A stretch of DNA of 64,000 nt, taken from contig NW_005201192.1 in NCBI RefSeq assembly GCF_000372725.1, forward strand, positions 62,001 to 126,000. The letters run 5' to 3'. The position numbers were made by a program, and so were the translations under genes. The notes beneath the pieces are model-generated. The model was not told the origin of the DNA. It ran no database searches and saw only the letters and a program-made list of their open reading frames with translations. Shown piece after piece: positions 21,398-32,692 of this stretch (its first letter is position 1; the number at the start of each line of letters is the position of its first letter). Source of the DNA: Emiliania huxleyi CCMP1516. Taxonomy: Eukaryota.

Positions 21398-24300
21398 ATG
21401 GAGCGAACCACGCGCTGGAGAGGCCCTCCGCTCGTCTACTTGGCAGTTGGCTTCGGGTTGGGGCTGCTCATCTCCGCCGCGAGTCGGTCGAGGGGTGGGC
21501 AGCCCATCGCCACCACCGTCGAGCGCCAAGCTCCAGTGACAGTCGGCAAGCGGCCTGTTCCGATCGGATCGCGGCGCCCTGCAGCGTCAGCCACCACGCC
21601 TCACAGTCGAGAAGAGCCGCGTTCAGACTTGTGGCGCACCTATACCAGCTCGCCTCTTGCAGTCGGATCGCCGCCACCGCCGCCGCCAAGGCGCTCGCCG
21701 CCACCTCCCAGAGCCTCGGCACTGAAAGCTCTCTGGCGGCCGTCGAGTCCGCTCAGCGAGGCGGAGGCGGCGTCCTTTGCGCCCGCGCTGCGTCCGCTGC
21801 TTCGCCGCCCGGCGCGGCGCCTTCGCCGCAGGTCCGACTTGTTCGGGCCTTTGCCTGTGCTTGACACGCCCGCATCGTTTGGCCTGCCTACCGGTGGTGA
21901 CAGCGGTGGCGGCGGCGGCACCGCCGTCGCCGCTGGCGGCTCCGCTCTTCGCTGCGAGGACGGCCACGGTGCGTTCGACGTGTACACTGGCGGCTGCCTC
22001 TGCCGGACCGGCTGGAGAGGTCCGACCTGCGCCGAGGCGGACCCGCAGACGTGCAACGACCCACGGACCGCTGGCGTCAAGCCGGGAAGGTGCACGCACC
22101 CGTCCGGGTGCGGTCCCGGGTGCGCATGCTCTCGCGGGACCGAGTACTCGCACATGCTCTCGCGCTGCGCCGCCAGCTGCGACCTGGAGTCCAACCGCTG
22201 CCTCTGCGGGTCGCGCGCGCGCTACCCGCGCCGTCAGATGAACTTGTGCGAGTGGCGGGGCATCGAGAAGGCGCTGGCGTCGAGCTGGCTCGCGACGCAC
22301 GCCACGCCGCGCCACCGTGACGTGTGCACGACTCCTCGTCCCTAGGCGCTGGAGTGGAAGGACCCGGGGTGGGCGCACTACCGCATCACCGAGCCGTGGA
22401 GGCTGTGGGGCAGCCCCAACTCGACGCCACCAGACCTGGCGGCCGCCCTCGGCCCCGCTGAGCTGCACCGGATGTGGGCGACCGCGCCGCCCCATTCCGC
22501 GACCCGCGCGTACTGCGACATCGACGAGGCGGCGCTCGCTCGCGGCGTGGCGCCCCTCTTCAGCTGCGGCTGCTACGAGGACGCCACCGGCGCCGCCTGC
22601 GAGCTGCCCGTCCGCTCCGTCTGTCTGAACCAGTGCAACGCGCCGCAAGGCGTGTGCGTGCGCGGCTGGTGCCGCTGCGCCGCTGGCTTCGGTGGCGCCG
22701 ACTGCTCGATCGCCCTGCCCGCTCTCGCCGCGCCGCGGGAGGTCGACGGCGGCAGCAGCGCCGCTGGAGGCGCGGGCGAGGGCCGGGGGCGGCTGCGCCC
22801 CTCCGTGTTTGTGTACGATCTTCCGTCTGAGTTCAACAGCTGGACTGCGGAGACGCGGATGACGGCGTCCGACTGCGTGTACCGGAGGTACAAGGAGGGG
22901 AACGAGACGGTGTGGGAGAACTATGCCTTTGGGCTCGAGCTCGCGCTCCACGAGGCGCCGCCTCGCCCCTCGCCGCCTCTCCCCTCGCCGCCTCTCCCCT
23001 CGCCGCCTCTCCCCTCGCCGCCTCTCCCCTCGCCGCCTCGCCCCTCGCCGCCTCTCCCCTCGCCACACAACAGGCTCTCTCCGTGACGTCTCCACGACGC
23101 GTCCCTGCCACGTGCATGACGAGTCCTTTGCAGGCGCCCCTCGCCTCGCCGCACTGGCGCAACACTTAAACAAGAGCACACTCTGTCACAGGCGCTGCTC
23201 GTTTCGCCGCACCGCACCCTCAACCCGCGCGACGCCGACTTCTTCTTCGTGCCGGTCCACGGCGGCTGCTACATCTCGCGCTTCACGCGCCCGACCCCGA
23301 GGCGTGCCCCCGCCCCCTGACCCCTCCTCCTCGCCCCTCCTTGCCCCCCCTTCGCTCCACGCGACTGGGTTTCCTCGACCTTTCCTAGACCTTTCCTGGC
23401 ACCCTCGCGCAGGCACAACCTCTATGTCAAGCCGCGCGGCGGCGCGCCCATCCTCGGCAACGCGCACTACCGCGCCGCGCTGGACTGGGTCCGCTCCCGG
23501 CGCCCCTGAGGGGGCTCTCGACGACATCTCGGCCACACCCCGGCCACACCCCGGCTCTAGGTCCGCTCGCGCCACCCCTGGTGGAACGTCTCTGGTGGGG
23601 CTGACCACATGTGCCGCTCTTCCCGCACCGGCGAGGGCTCCCCCCCCGGAGACTCGCCCCACCCCCCTTCTCGGAGCCGTCCTGTAGGTTTGCCTTCCCG
23701 CACGACGAGGGCTCGTGCGTGGCGCCCATCGAGCTGCGACCGGCGATCTCGCCTCTCCTCCCGACGGCCAAGTGCCAGTCTGCACCTTGTGATCGCCCCC
23801 CCCAAGACTCTCGCCCCACAGGCGATCCTCATCTCCTCGTGGGGACGCACGGAGCTGGGCCCGCGCAACTCGACCACCACCATGGGCGAGCACAACTGGT
23901 ACAACCGGCGCACCTTGCCGCTGATGCGCGCGCCGCTCACCGTCGCACCGGCGCAGTGCGCGCGGGAAGCTGGCGAGCGGCGGCGCGGTTCGCTGTAGGT
24001 ACGCGTCTTACCGCTGCTTCGAGCCGGGCAAGGACATCGTAATGCCCGTCTTCACCTCCCTCTCGCAGCTCGCCACCTCGCCGTACGTCGCCGAAGGGAT
24101 GCCACGCGGCGGCGCCGCCGCACGCCCCGCGCCCAAGCGGCGGCTTCTCTTCCACTTCCGCGGCCAGATCCTGAGGCGCACCCCGAAATCTTGCCCGGCA
24201 TCCCGGCGGATCTCGGCGGATCTCGGCTGATCTCGGCTGATCTCGGCTGACGTCAGGTACGTCCCGACATACTCGTTTGGCATCCGCCAGCAGCTGCTCG

Positions 24301-25115
24301 GTCTCTACGGCTGCAAGACGGGCGAGGAGCCTGCAAACCCGAACCCGTCCCAGACAGCTTCCGACTCACACCGGCCCGTGGCCATAGGCAAGGAGATCGC
24401 CAACCCGAAGGACCTGGTCGGCGTGCCGTGGTGCGGCCCCGACGTGGTCGTGTCGGACCGGCACACCGCACGCCGCCTCGGCGACAGAGGGCGGCCGGAT
24501 CGGCCCGAGGCCACCCCCGACACGGCCCCCCCGACACGGCAGGCACACCACAAATTACCTCGACGAGATGGCGAACGCCACGTTTTGCGGCGTGTTCCCC
24601 GGCAACGGGTGGGGCCACATCGAGTCGCCGCTGCTGCTCGGCTGCATCCCGGTGGTGGTGCAGGTCGGCGGCGTCGCGGGAGGCACCGCCCACGAACTTG
24701 TACCCTGTGACGCGACACGTCCCCCGCGCAGGACGGCATCCTCACTGCGTGGGAGGACGTGCTCGATTTCGACTCGTTCGCGCTGCGGCTGCCGCGCGCC
24801 AAGCTGCCGCGACTCGCCGAGGAGCTGCGCGCAGTGCCGCCCGAGCGCGTCGCCGCGCTGCAGGCGGGCGGGCGGCGCGTCTGGGAGCGCTTCACTTTCT
24901 CCTCGCTCGGGCTCGCCGAGAAGCGGCGCATGTGCGGCGGCACGCACTTCACCGCCGCCGCCGACGGCTGCGTGCCGCGGCTTGGCGCGCCCGGCGGCAA
25001 GCATTCGCAGGCTTTCCTGGCCAGTTCGGCGATCACGGGTCAGGACGCGATCGCCACGCTGCTGCAGCTGCTGCGGGCGCGGCTGCTAGAGCGCACCAGC
25101 CCCGAGAGAGGGTAG
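21398..25115 (+). CDS. Exostosin-family (GT47) glycosyltransferase with N-terminal TM anchor and EGF/tenascin-like Cys repeats; about 10 introns
   Basis: CLCRTGWRGPTC, CRCAAGFGGADCS, RPSVFVYDLP, SPHRTLNPRDADFFFVP, HDEGSC, FEPGKDIVMP, YSFGIRQ, ATFCGVFPGNGW, GCIPVVVQ|DGI. Confidence 0.92.
22957..23065 (+). repeat. Intronic 15-bp tandem repeat (CCCCTCGCCGCCTCT) x~7
   Basis: Direct reading. Confidence 0.9.
24205..24250 (+). repeat. Intronic 10-bp tandem repeat (GATCTCGGCK) x~4
   Basis: Direct reading. Confidence 0.85.
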
Positions 25116-25405
25116 GTGAGGTGCACGAGCTCGATGAGTCGTGTGTATGTGTCGTTCATTATAAAGAGCGTTCGTGGAGTGCCGGATAATTGCGTTCCGA
25201 TCCCAGGTTAGGACGTCCATATCCAACTCGTTTCCTATATTCGACGTTCTTGCTCATATGCGTTTCCGGGCTCCGATTCGTTTCCGAGATTCGTTTCCAG
25301 TTTCCCCTCCCTGTCCCCTGACAAAATCTTTGCCCTCTCCTTTTCTACATACATATTGATATCAACACATTTTTTTGACGTTGGTGTTGAGTCAGTTGCA
25401 GGGTG

Positions 25406-26520
25406 ACTTGGAGCACTTGGAGTGCAGTCATCAACCTCACATCCAGGGCCGGGGAGCTGAGAAGCGCACCCAGCGAGCCGGATGATCGGCATCGGGCTAC
25501 GGGCTAGAGAGCCCTGACCCCTAGCTAGGGGGGGGGTGCGCATTCGCAGGGCAAGGGCCTTAAAGTAAACACGGGTCTCCGAGGGTTAGCTCCGCGCTCC
25601 AGGTTTCCCCTAGCAGCAGAACGCCCCCTCTACTCGGAGCTAGTAAACACTCGACACGGACTCGACGCCCATCCACACCCGGCACCTCACCACACCGGAC
25701 CCCTCTTCGAGGTCTCCCAACTTTCACTCCGGGGCGTCTTCCCCCACCTCTCGGTCCTTCCTCCTGGCCGCATCCCGATAGTTGTGCGACGGGCGCGGGG
25801 CCCGGCCTCCCCTCCTAGCCTTTTTCGGCTGCGGCCCCGCCGCCGTCTCGTCTTCTCTGCCTGATCCTGTCGACTCCGCCTCCGGCGATCCCACGCCCGA
25901 CTCCCCGGGTGAGGGCGGCGGCATCACTCGTCGCCACTCCTCTCCGGGAGGTCGGGCCGGCTCTCCCCGGTCAGCGAGTCGCGCCCGCACCCGTGGCCTC
26001 TCTATCGTTCTCGGCTCGCCCTCCCCTTCCTCCTGCTCCTCACTAAACTCGGGAAGGCGCGGTCCCTTTTGTCGTAAGTCACGGCGGTCTATCCAACGCC
26101 GCGACGGATCTACCCCTGGTGGGCTCACACGGCCCGGTTCCACTCTCAGAGGCCGAGTCAGCTCGACTCTCACCTCCTCCGAGAGTTGACCCCAAGCCCC
26201 CCCCGGGGCCCTCCGGCCACGGCCCTCCGGTTCGCCGGCGGGTCCGTTATCGTATTGCGGCGACTCCCCTCCCCCAGCTCCTCCTCTCGGGTACTCCAGC
26301 CTCCGGTGGGGCGGCTCCGGATCCCTCTGATTATTCCGAGTGGGGCCACACGGTGGCGGCTCCGCCGGCGGCGGGGGTGGAGGCGGAGGCGGGGGTGGCG
26401 GGCACGGTGGCGGCCCTCGCGGCCAACGCGCCTGGTGTGGAGCCGCTGGGGCGGCCCCACGACCCTGCAGCCGTTCCAGCGGCGGGGGCGGAAGTGGCAG
26501 CGTGGGTGGCGGAAACAAAA
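25406..26520 (-). mobile_element. Family A copy 2 with upstream Pro/Arg-rich ORF C-terminus (25724-26518) and CAAGTGCT tail
   Basis: UTR homologous to 3640-3864; ends CTCCAAGTGCTCCAAGT on the minus strand. Confidence 0.7.
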
Positions 26521-26998
26521 TAAAATATTCTTAGCTTCAAGCCCCCCTCCGAGACTAGGGACAGAACCACACCAGTATAGACCAGAGGGACTGCGCCTCG
26601 CCCCCACTTGCCCTGACTGCACAGGATAGCGTGCCCCGATAACGGCGACACATAGTGGGGGACACTGCGCAAGGAGGGGGTGCGAAGGCTCATTGGGGTG
26701 CTAGGTGGGACCATGAGGGGGGGTGGGCGGGGTCCTGTGGGGGTGATATGTTGCGCGGCGAATTCGAACCTACCCCCTCGCCGCGCCGATCCTCACGCGG
26801 AGGGTAAAACCCTGTGGGACAAAACCCCCCCGCGGTCGGCAGTCTTCAGAGTGGACCCCCCCCTCCCCAGCCTCCCCTGTGCATCTCGCACCCCCCCCCG
26901 CTCCCCCATCGGTGACTCGCGAAGGACACGGACACTCGGGGTGAGGGGGGGTCCCCCCGGAGGGGGCTTTGGGGCATTGTTGGGTTGATCGCTCGTGC

Positions 26999-27175
26999 CG
27001 ATCTCGGGTCGATCTCGGGTCGATCTCGGGTCGATCTCGGGTCGATCTCGGGTCGATCTCGGGTCGATCTCGGGTCGATCTCGGGTCGATCTCAGGTCGA
27101 TCTCGGGTCGATCTCGGGTCGATCTCGGGTCGATCTCGGGTCGATCTCGGGTCGATCTCGGGTCGATCTCGGGTC
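26999..27175. repeat. 11-bp tandem array (GATCTCGGGTC) x~16
   Basis: Direct reading; one variant unit. Confidence 0.97.
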
Positions 27176-28990
27176 ATGCACGTTGTGTTCGCCTCGTGTG
27201 ATGGTATTGCTGGTTATTTTGTGCTGTTGCGAGGCTCCTCCTGTCCGCGTCGGATACGGCCTTGAGGCTGGTCAGCGCTGCTGTGATCGCGTCTTTGAAG
27301 TCTGACGTGAGCCCCGAGACCCCAGTGGTGTCGATCTCGATTATTTGCTCGAATTTTCTTTTGCTCTCCTCCGACACCTCCGCTGTAAGGTCGGTGTATA
27401 TCCGATGAGTGTGTTGTAGTCTGATTTTTCCCGCGTATCGTATCGCTGCCCTTCGAAAAGATGTTAGGGCTCTGTAGTAGACCTTTTGCCATATAAAGGT
27501 GTTTCTCCCTTCGACTCGGTGGTGACTATTGACGCCGGCTCGTGGTCTAGGATTTTTGCGTCTCTCTTTCGGGCGAAGAAGTCGTGGACTCCTGGTTCGT
27601 GAACAGCTGAGAGGCCGTCGAGTGTCGGGAGGTATATCTGCGTCGATGCGGGTCGATGTTGTGCTTTTGGTTCCATCTCGGAGGGTGATGTTATGATGCG
27701 AGGTGTAGAAGGGGGCGGGTCCGAGCCATTCTCTCGCGACGTCGACTAGTCCGAAGTGCGTCATCACATCGGCAAGTTCGTTTGCCCCTCTGTTGTCGTA
27801 TGGCGAGGCGGCGTCTGATCTTACGTCCAGCTGGACATCTGGGACGCAGTTGGCGTCGATTCCGAGGACGGTCTGTTTGGTGAGGAAATGTCTCAGCTCT
27901 TTTTTGAAGAATTCGGGGCGTCGGCTCCCGTCGGCGTGGGCGTATACCGAGGCTAGTCGTAGGGGGCGGCCGTCTACCATCGCTGGAACCGAGACGCCCC
28001 GTCCGTCACTCATTCGTCGCATGTTTTTTTTCATTCTGTCGACTGTGTCGTGATATGTCTCTCCGGGGTGAGACTCTATTTTGTCTTTTGGGATGAGGAT
28101 GGCTGTGCCTCCCCTTTGGTGCTGGCTGTTGTTTTGCCCGATTGTGTAGAGGGGGACGGCGAAGAGTTCGAACCAGTAGGTGCTCGCCTTGCGTTTGAAG
28201 TCTTCGACTTTTCGGATGCCTGTCTCCTGGAGGAATATGGCGGTGATGGGCCGTGCTTTGTGCTCGTCTCGTATGGCTAGGAGTATCTGCTCCCATCTGG
28301 GTAGCCCTCCGATGCTTCCGAGATTTTTGGTGATAAATCTGCTCGGGCCCGGGTTGGGTTCGATTCCTTCCTCTGTCAGGTCGCGCTTCCAGGCCTCGGC
28401 GAGAGTGTGAGTCGCGCGAGGGGTGGTCTGCTCGGCGTGTGGATCAGATGTGGCCTCGTTGGCGCCTCTAGTTCCGTCGTCGTGGTCGGCGGTGGCGGAG
28501 ATGGCGGTTGGTGAGGTGGCGGACCGTCTGCTGTCTGTCTGCGTGCTCGCCTGTAAATGCTCCGCGGGTGCGGCGGTCGGCAAATTGGCTTGGGTTTTGC
28601 GCTCTGGGTCCCGGGTCGGGCGGGTACGTCTGCGTGGCTCGGCCCGGTTTTTGGTCTCGCGTCGGGAGTTCGTGTTCGAGAGATTTTCAAGGCAGGGGTC
28701 CATGAACGATTTCTTTTTCGCACGATGTTTTCTTTTTTCCCGAGACGGTCGCTCTTTACACAAACCTGGCTCGTGGCCTTCAGACGGAGGAGGGACTAGG
28801 GGCTCACCGAGTGGTCTCTTTGGATCGTGGGAGCTCGTGCCGCTGTGCTTGCGCGTTGCTTGGGAGGCTTGCGGTCCTGGTGAGGTCACAGGTTGTTGCT
28901 GGTTGGGGGTCCTTGTTGTGCACCCTGCCGGGGCTCGTGCCTGAGATGCATTATTGGGCGGGGTTGGCCTTTGGGGCTTTTGGGTCGGGC
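27174..28990 (-). mobile_element. Internally deleted APE-type non-LTR retrotransposon (L1/Tx1-like endonuclease) with a 2A-like peptide; RT missing, one frameshift
   Basis: FITKN, IFLQET, GGTAIL, LASVYA, LGIDAN, LVDVAR, TRID then frameshift to QIY..LDH; DLTEEGIEPNPGP immediately upstream. Confidence 0.9.
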
Positions 28991-28993
28991 TTT

Positions 28994-29175
28994 GGAGGTG
29001 GGCGTGGAGGGCGGAGGTGGGCGTGGACGGCGGAGGTGGGCGTGGAGGGCGGAGGTGGGCGTGGAGGGCGGAGGTGGGCGTGGAGGGCGGAGGTGGGCGT
29101 GGAGGGCGGAGGTGGGCGTGGAGGGCGGAGGTGGGCGTGGAGGGCGGAGGTGGGCGTGGAGGGCGGAGGTGGGCG
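28994..29175. repeat. 19-bp G-rich tandem repeat (GGAGGTGGGCGTGGAGGGC) x~9.5
   Basis: Direct reading. Confidence 0.92.
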
Positions 29176-29814
29176 CTTTCGGAGCTCTCGGCTGAGGGGT
29201 GGCGGAAACAGTGGCGGCACTGGCGGCCGCACCGCCTGGTATGGGGCCTCAGAGTTGGCCCCTCGACCCAGCGGTCGCTCCAGCGGCGGGGGCGGGGGTG
29301 GTGTTGGTGGGGGCGGGCCTGATGGCGGTGCCGGCCGCCGCATCTCCTGGGGTGGGGCCTCGGGGGATGCCCCCTGCCCCTGCGGCCGTTCCAGCCGCGG
29401 TTCCACGCGTCGGCCGTCCACCCCGCTCGTGGGGGGGGGCCTAGCTCTCGTCTCCCCTCGGGGGGGGGGGGGGGGCAGGGCCCGGATTCGCCGACGGCCC
29501 CGCTTCTCCCCCCTCCCGCCCCGCATCAGGCCGTAAATTGCCCAGGAGTCGCGTCGCCTCCCCCCTCGCCCGGTCCTTCTCGATTCGGTCCCGCACCGCC
29601 CGGATATCAAAGGCCGAGTTGTGTTCAGACAGCGGGCCCGCCGATGCCACCCGCCTCTTCACACAGCAGGCGTACGCCTTCAGCGCCTGCCCCCCCGACT
29701 GTGTCGGCCCCGGTGCGATGTCGTTGACGAGGTAGTCCTCCCCTTCCCACCGGAAAACCTGTCCAAGGAGGTCCGTCGAGCCAACCAGTCGTTTAGCCAG
29801 GTGACGATTTTTAA

Positions 29815-29980
29815 CCCTCCTACGCAGATACGACAAAATACGTCTGCTCATGGCGCCGAGCCCTGGTCTGGACACCAGATCGGCCCCCCCGCCCCTAACA
29901 TTAGCCTCCCAGCCGCTCTGTCGGCCATAATGTTAGGGGCGGGGCGGCCAAAATCACGCAAACCCATCTGCGTAGGAGGG
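29815..29980. mobile_element. piggyBac-like MITE copy 1 (166 bp)
   Basis: 15-bp TIR CCCTCCTACGCAGAT, TTAA on both sides, internal inverted repeat CCGCCCCTAACATTA/TAATGTTAGGGGCGG. Confidence 0.92.
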
Positions 29981-31687
29981 TTAATCCGCCAAGTTCAGAA
30001 CATATATATAGACTGGAGTGGCGATGGGTGCGTTTCATACAGTGATCGGGCACTGCCGCCGATCGATGCTTGGCCGCCGTGAGTCAAGCCAGCCCCAAAC
30101 TGCGGAGCTCCACTTGCACAGACCGCTCACAGCGGTCACGAGCTGGCCCGCTGGCCGCCTTAGCCCAGCCACAATCGCGGCACAGTCTCTGTGATGTGTC
30201 GACGTCGAGACAGTGCAGCCAGCGCAGCCAGAGCATGCCGGCATGGGCTGAGACGGACCAGCAACGCAGCGCTGAGCAATTCACGCGCACGGCACGGGTC
30301 GGGCACGACTCCTACAGTCGCCATGCCACCACACCGAACGGCTGGCAGCGACAGCCAATGCCAGTGCATGCTGAGGACGAGTGGCGGCGTGCAGCTGCTG
30401 ACCAACAATTTATCGCCGCGACTCATCCGTAAAGCCGCCACGCGACCAACTCGTGCACAGGCGGCCATACTGAGCGCGATGGCGACACAGCTGGGTGCGA
30501 GATAGCGGCCTCCGACCCGTCTCGCGCATTATCTCGGCCTCGTCGAGCAGTACCAGTGACGCGTCCTGTGCCGGCGAGGATGATGAAGCGAGGTGCTCGC
30601 GCAGAGTGTGTGCTTCAACAGCGGCGCGAGACCACCGATTAGCTCGGCGATCGACGACACACACACGCACGACTCGTCTGCGAGTGATCTCGGCCGCGTT
30701 TCTGTCGTCGAGATGGCCGTATCGAGGCTGCCTATGCGAAGCAATCCGCCGTGATCTCGAGGTGAACAGCGTCTGCGAGCTTCGACGATCTCTCGCTAGC
30801 GGTGTCACTCAAACGCGTTTTTCTGTAGGTGAGCTGCTTGCTGCTGGCGCCAGCTGTGCGACACTCTCAGCCGAGCTCTGAGCCGCTCCTCGCCCCGTGT
30901 CGCAGGCCATTCGACGGCTCATGCGCTAGGTTCGCCCATGGCAGCGTGCGGCTTGCCGCGCGTCGCTGCCGTCTTGCTCGCGGCAGCATCTCAGCTCAGC
31001 CAGCTCTGTCGCGCCCGCTGCCGCCGCCCTCGGCCGACACGGTCGCGCCGGGTGTACCCGGTGGCCTCTCGCCGTCGCCAGCGCGCGCTGAACCGGAGCC
31101 GCCGACGAAACCGCCTATAGGTGTGCTACGCGCCGAGGCACCGTCGGGCCGGCCACCAGCCGTCGCCGCCACCACAATCGCTGCCCTCGGCTCTGCCGCC
31201 GTTTTGCGAGCTGCCTCGCAGACCGTTTGCGCGGCGTGTGAGTCACTCTCAGCCCTCGGCGCGACTAGTCAGCAGTAGCGAGTGTGTGCGTCGCTGCTAG
31301 AGCCGGCCGAGGCAGTCCCGAGGGCTCCTCGCAGCGACTCGAGCGGGTCCGAATTCACTCGGCGACCGGTAAAATAGCGACGGTGTCACTTTTCAAAGAC
31401 GTACGTAACACGCGGACCGCCTCCCCCACCGTGCGATTGCCTTCAGTGGCCGCCAGACGTCCGGACCGCTCGCTTCTTGTGTGCAGCAGGGATTGCTGGC
31501 GAATGCCGCAAGTGGCTTTGGTGCTCGCGAGCACCCTCGCATACCCTTTCTTCGGCCTAGGGCCAAGCCTCCGGTCCCGTGCCGCCCACATGTTGCCCGA
31601 CTTGGATGCCTGAGGCACGGCTGTGGCCGGTAGTGCACGAAAAACGAGAAAACAGGCATTTTCGATTTCGCCGACTTTGCCCATTAA

Positions 31688-31853
31688 CCCTCCTACGCAG
31701 ATACGACAAAATACGTCTGCTCATGGCGCCGAGCCCTGGTCTGGACACCAGATCGGCCCCCCCGCCCCTAACATTAGCCTCCCAGCCGCTCTGTCGGCCA
31801 TAATGTTAGGGGCGGGGCGGCCAAAATCACGCAAACCCATCTGCGTAGGAGGG
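31688..31853. mobile_element. piggyBac-like MITE copy 2 (166 bp)
   Basis: Apparently identical to copy 1, TTAA-flanked, same orientation. Confidence 0.92.
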
Positions 31854-31932
31854 TTAAATGAGATTTTGGGCATTGGGTGGCGTCCGTGGAGAGCAGTACC
31901 TATAGAGCCGTACCACACCCGTCCCCCACACG

Positions 31933-32221
31933 GAGATCACTTAGCGTTTCTACGGTAAGTCTTAAGCGCCAGATGGCGCGGTGGCAGCTCTGTTCGGCTC
32001 CACTCGCTCCGCTCGGCTCCACTCGCTCCGCTCGGCTCCGCTCGGCTCCGCTCGGCTCGGCTCCGCTCGGCTCCGCTCGGCTCCGCTCGGCTCCACTACA
32101 CTCTCGCCTCCACTCGTTCCACTCAGCTCAGCGCCCAGAGGGTGTGTGCATGACCTAGCTGAGGCCACAAGCCCAGCTCGTCAGACCTGGCGCTTAAGAC
32201 TTAGGAATGCTAAGCGATCTC
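31933..32221. mobile_element. MITE with ~40-bp imperfect TIRs and an internal (GCTCS)n microsatellite
   Basis: GAGATCACTTAGC..TAAGTCTTAAGCGCCAG versus CTGGCGCTTAAGACTTA..GCTAAGCGATCTC; ACG on both flanks. Confidence 0.7.
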
Positions 32222-32692
32222 ACGGCAGCCGGGATGGCGATGAGACGTGTTTGCCGACCACGCGGGCCACGAAGTGTCAGGTGCCCGGGGGGGGGGTGCT
32301 CGGAGATAGCCGCGCAGCGGCTATGTAGGCACCAAACTATTACGTTCCGCGCGCTGAACGAGCGTTTGTCGGACCCTCGCGCTTCTAGGCGCCCGAGTCC
32401 TGTTCTCGTCTGCCCCACCCTCCCTCCCTGGCAGACGATTGTGTTGTGTTTGTGTTGTGTGTGAGCGTCGGGCCTTATTTGTGGGCGCCGACGACGCTCG
32501 GGGTCGTCTGGCAACGGCACCGGGAGCTCGAGACGCAGCTCTCGGGGCCAGCCAACCCAGGAGTCGATTTTAGGACCAATCTCAATGACAATCTATATCA
32601 ACATGAACGACGGGGACTCGGACGCGATGGGTAAGGACTCCCTGCCACCCGATGTACGTTAAGCCGGTTCAGTTCCAGAGACCTCCTCCGGG

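Noticed and set aside
25470..25520. Hammerhead ribozyme in family A (CGGATGA..)
   Set aside because: Lacks CUGAnGA and a correctly placed GAAA.
29985..31683. Short ORFs between the piggyBac MITEs (e.g. LVLLDEAE, Walker-B-like)
   Set aside because: Fragmented, with no Walker A or other supporting motif.
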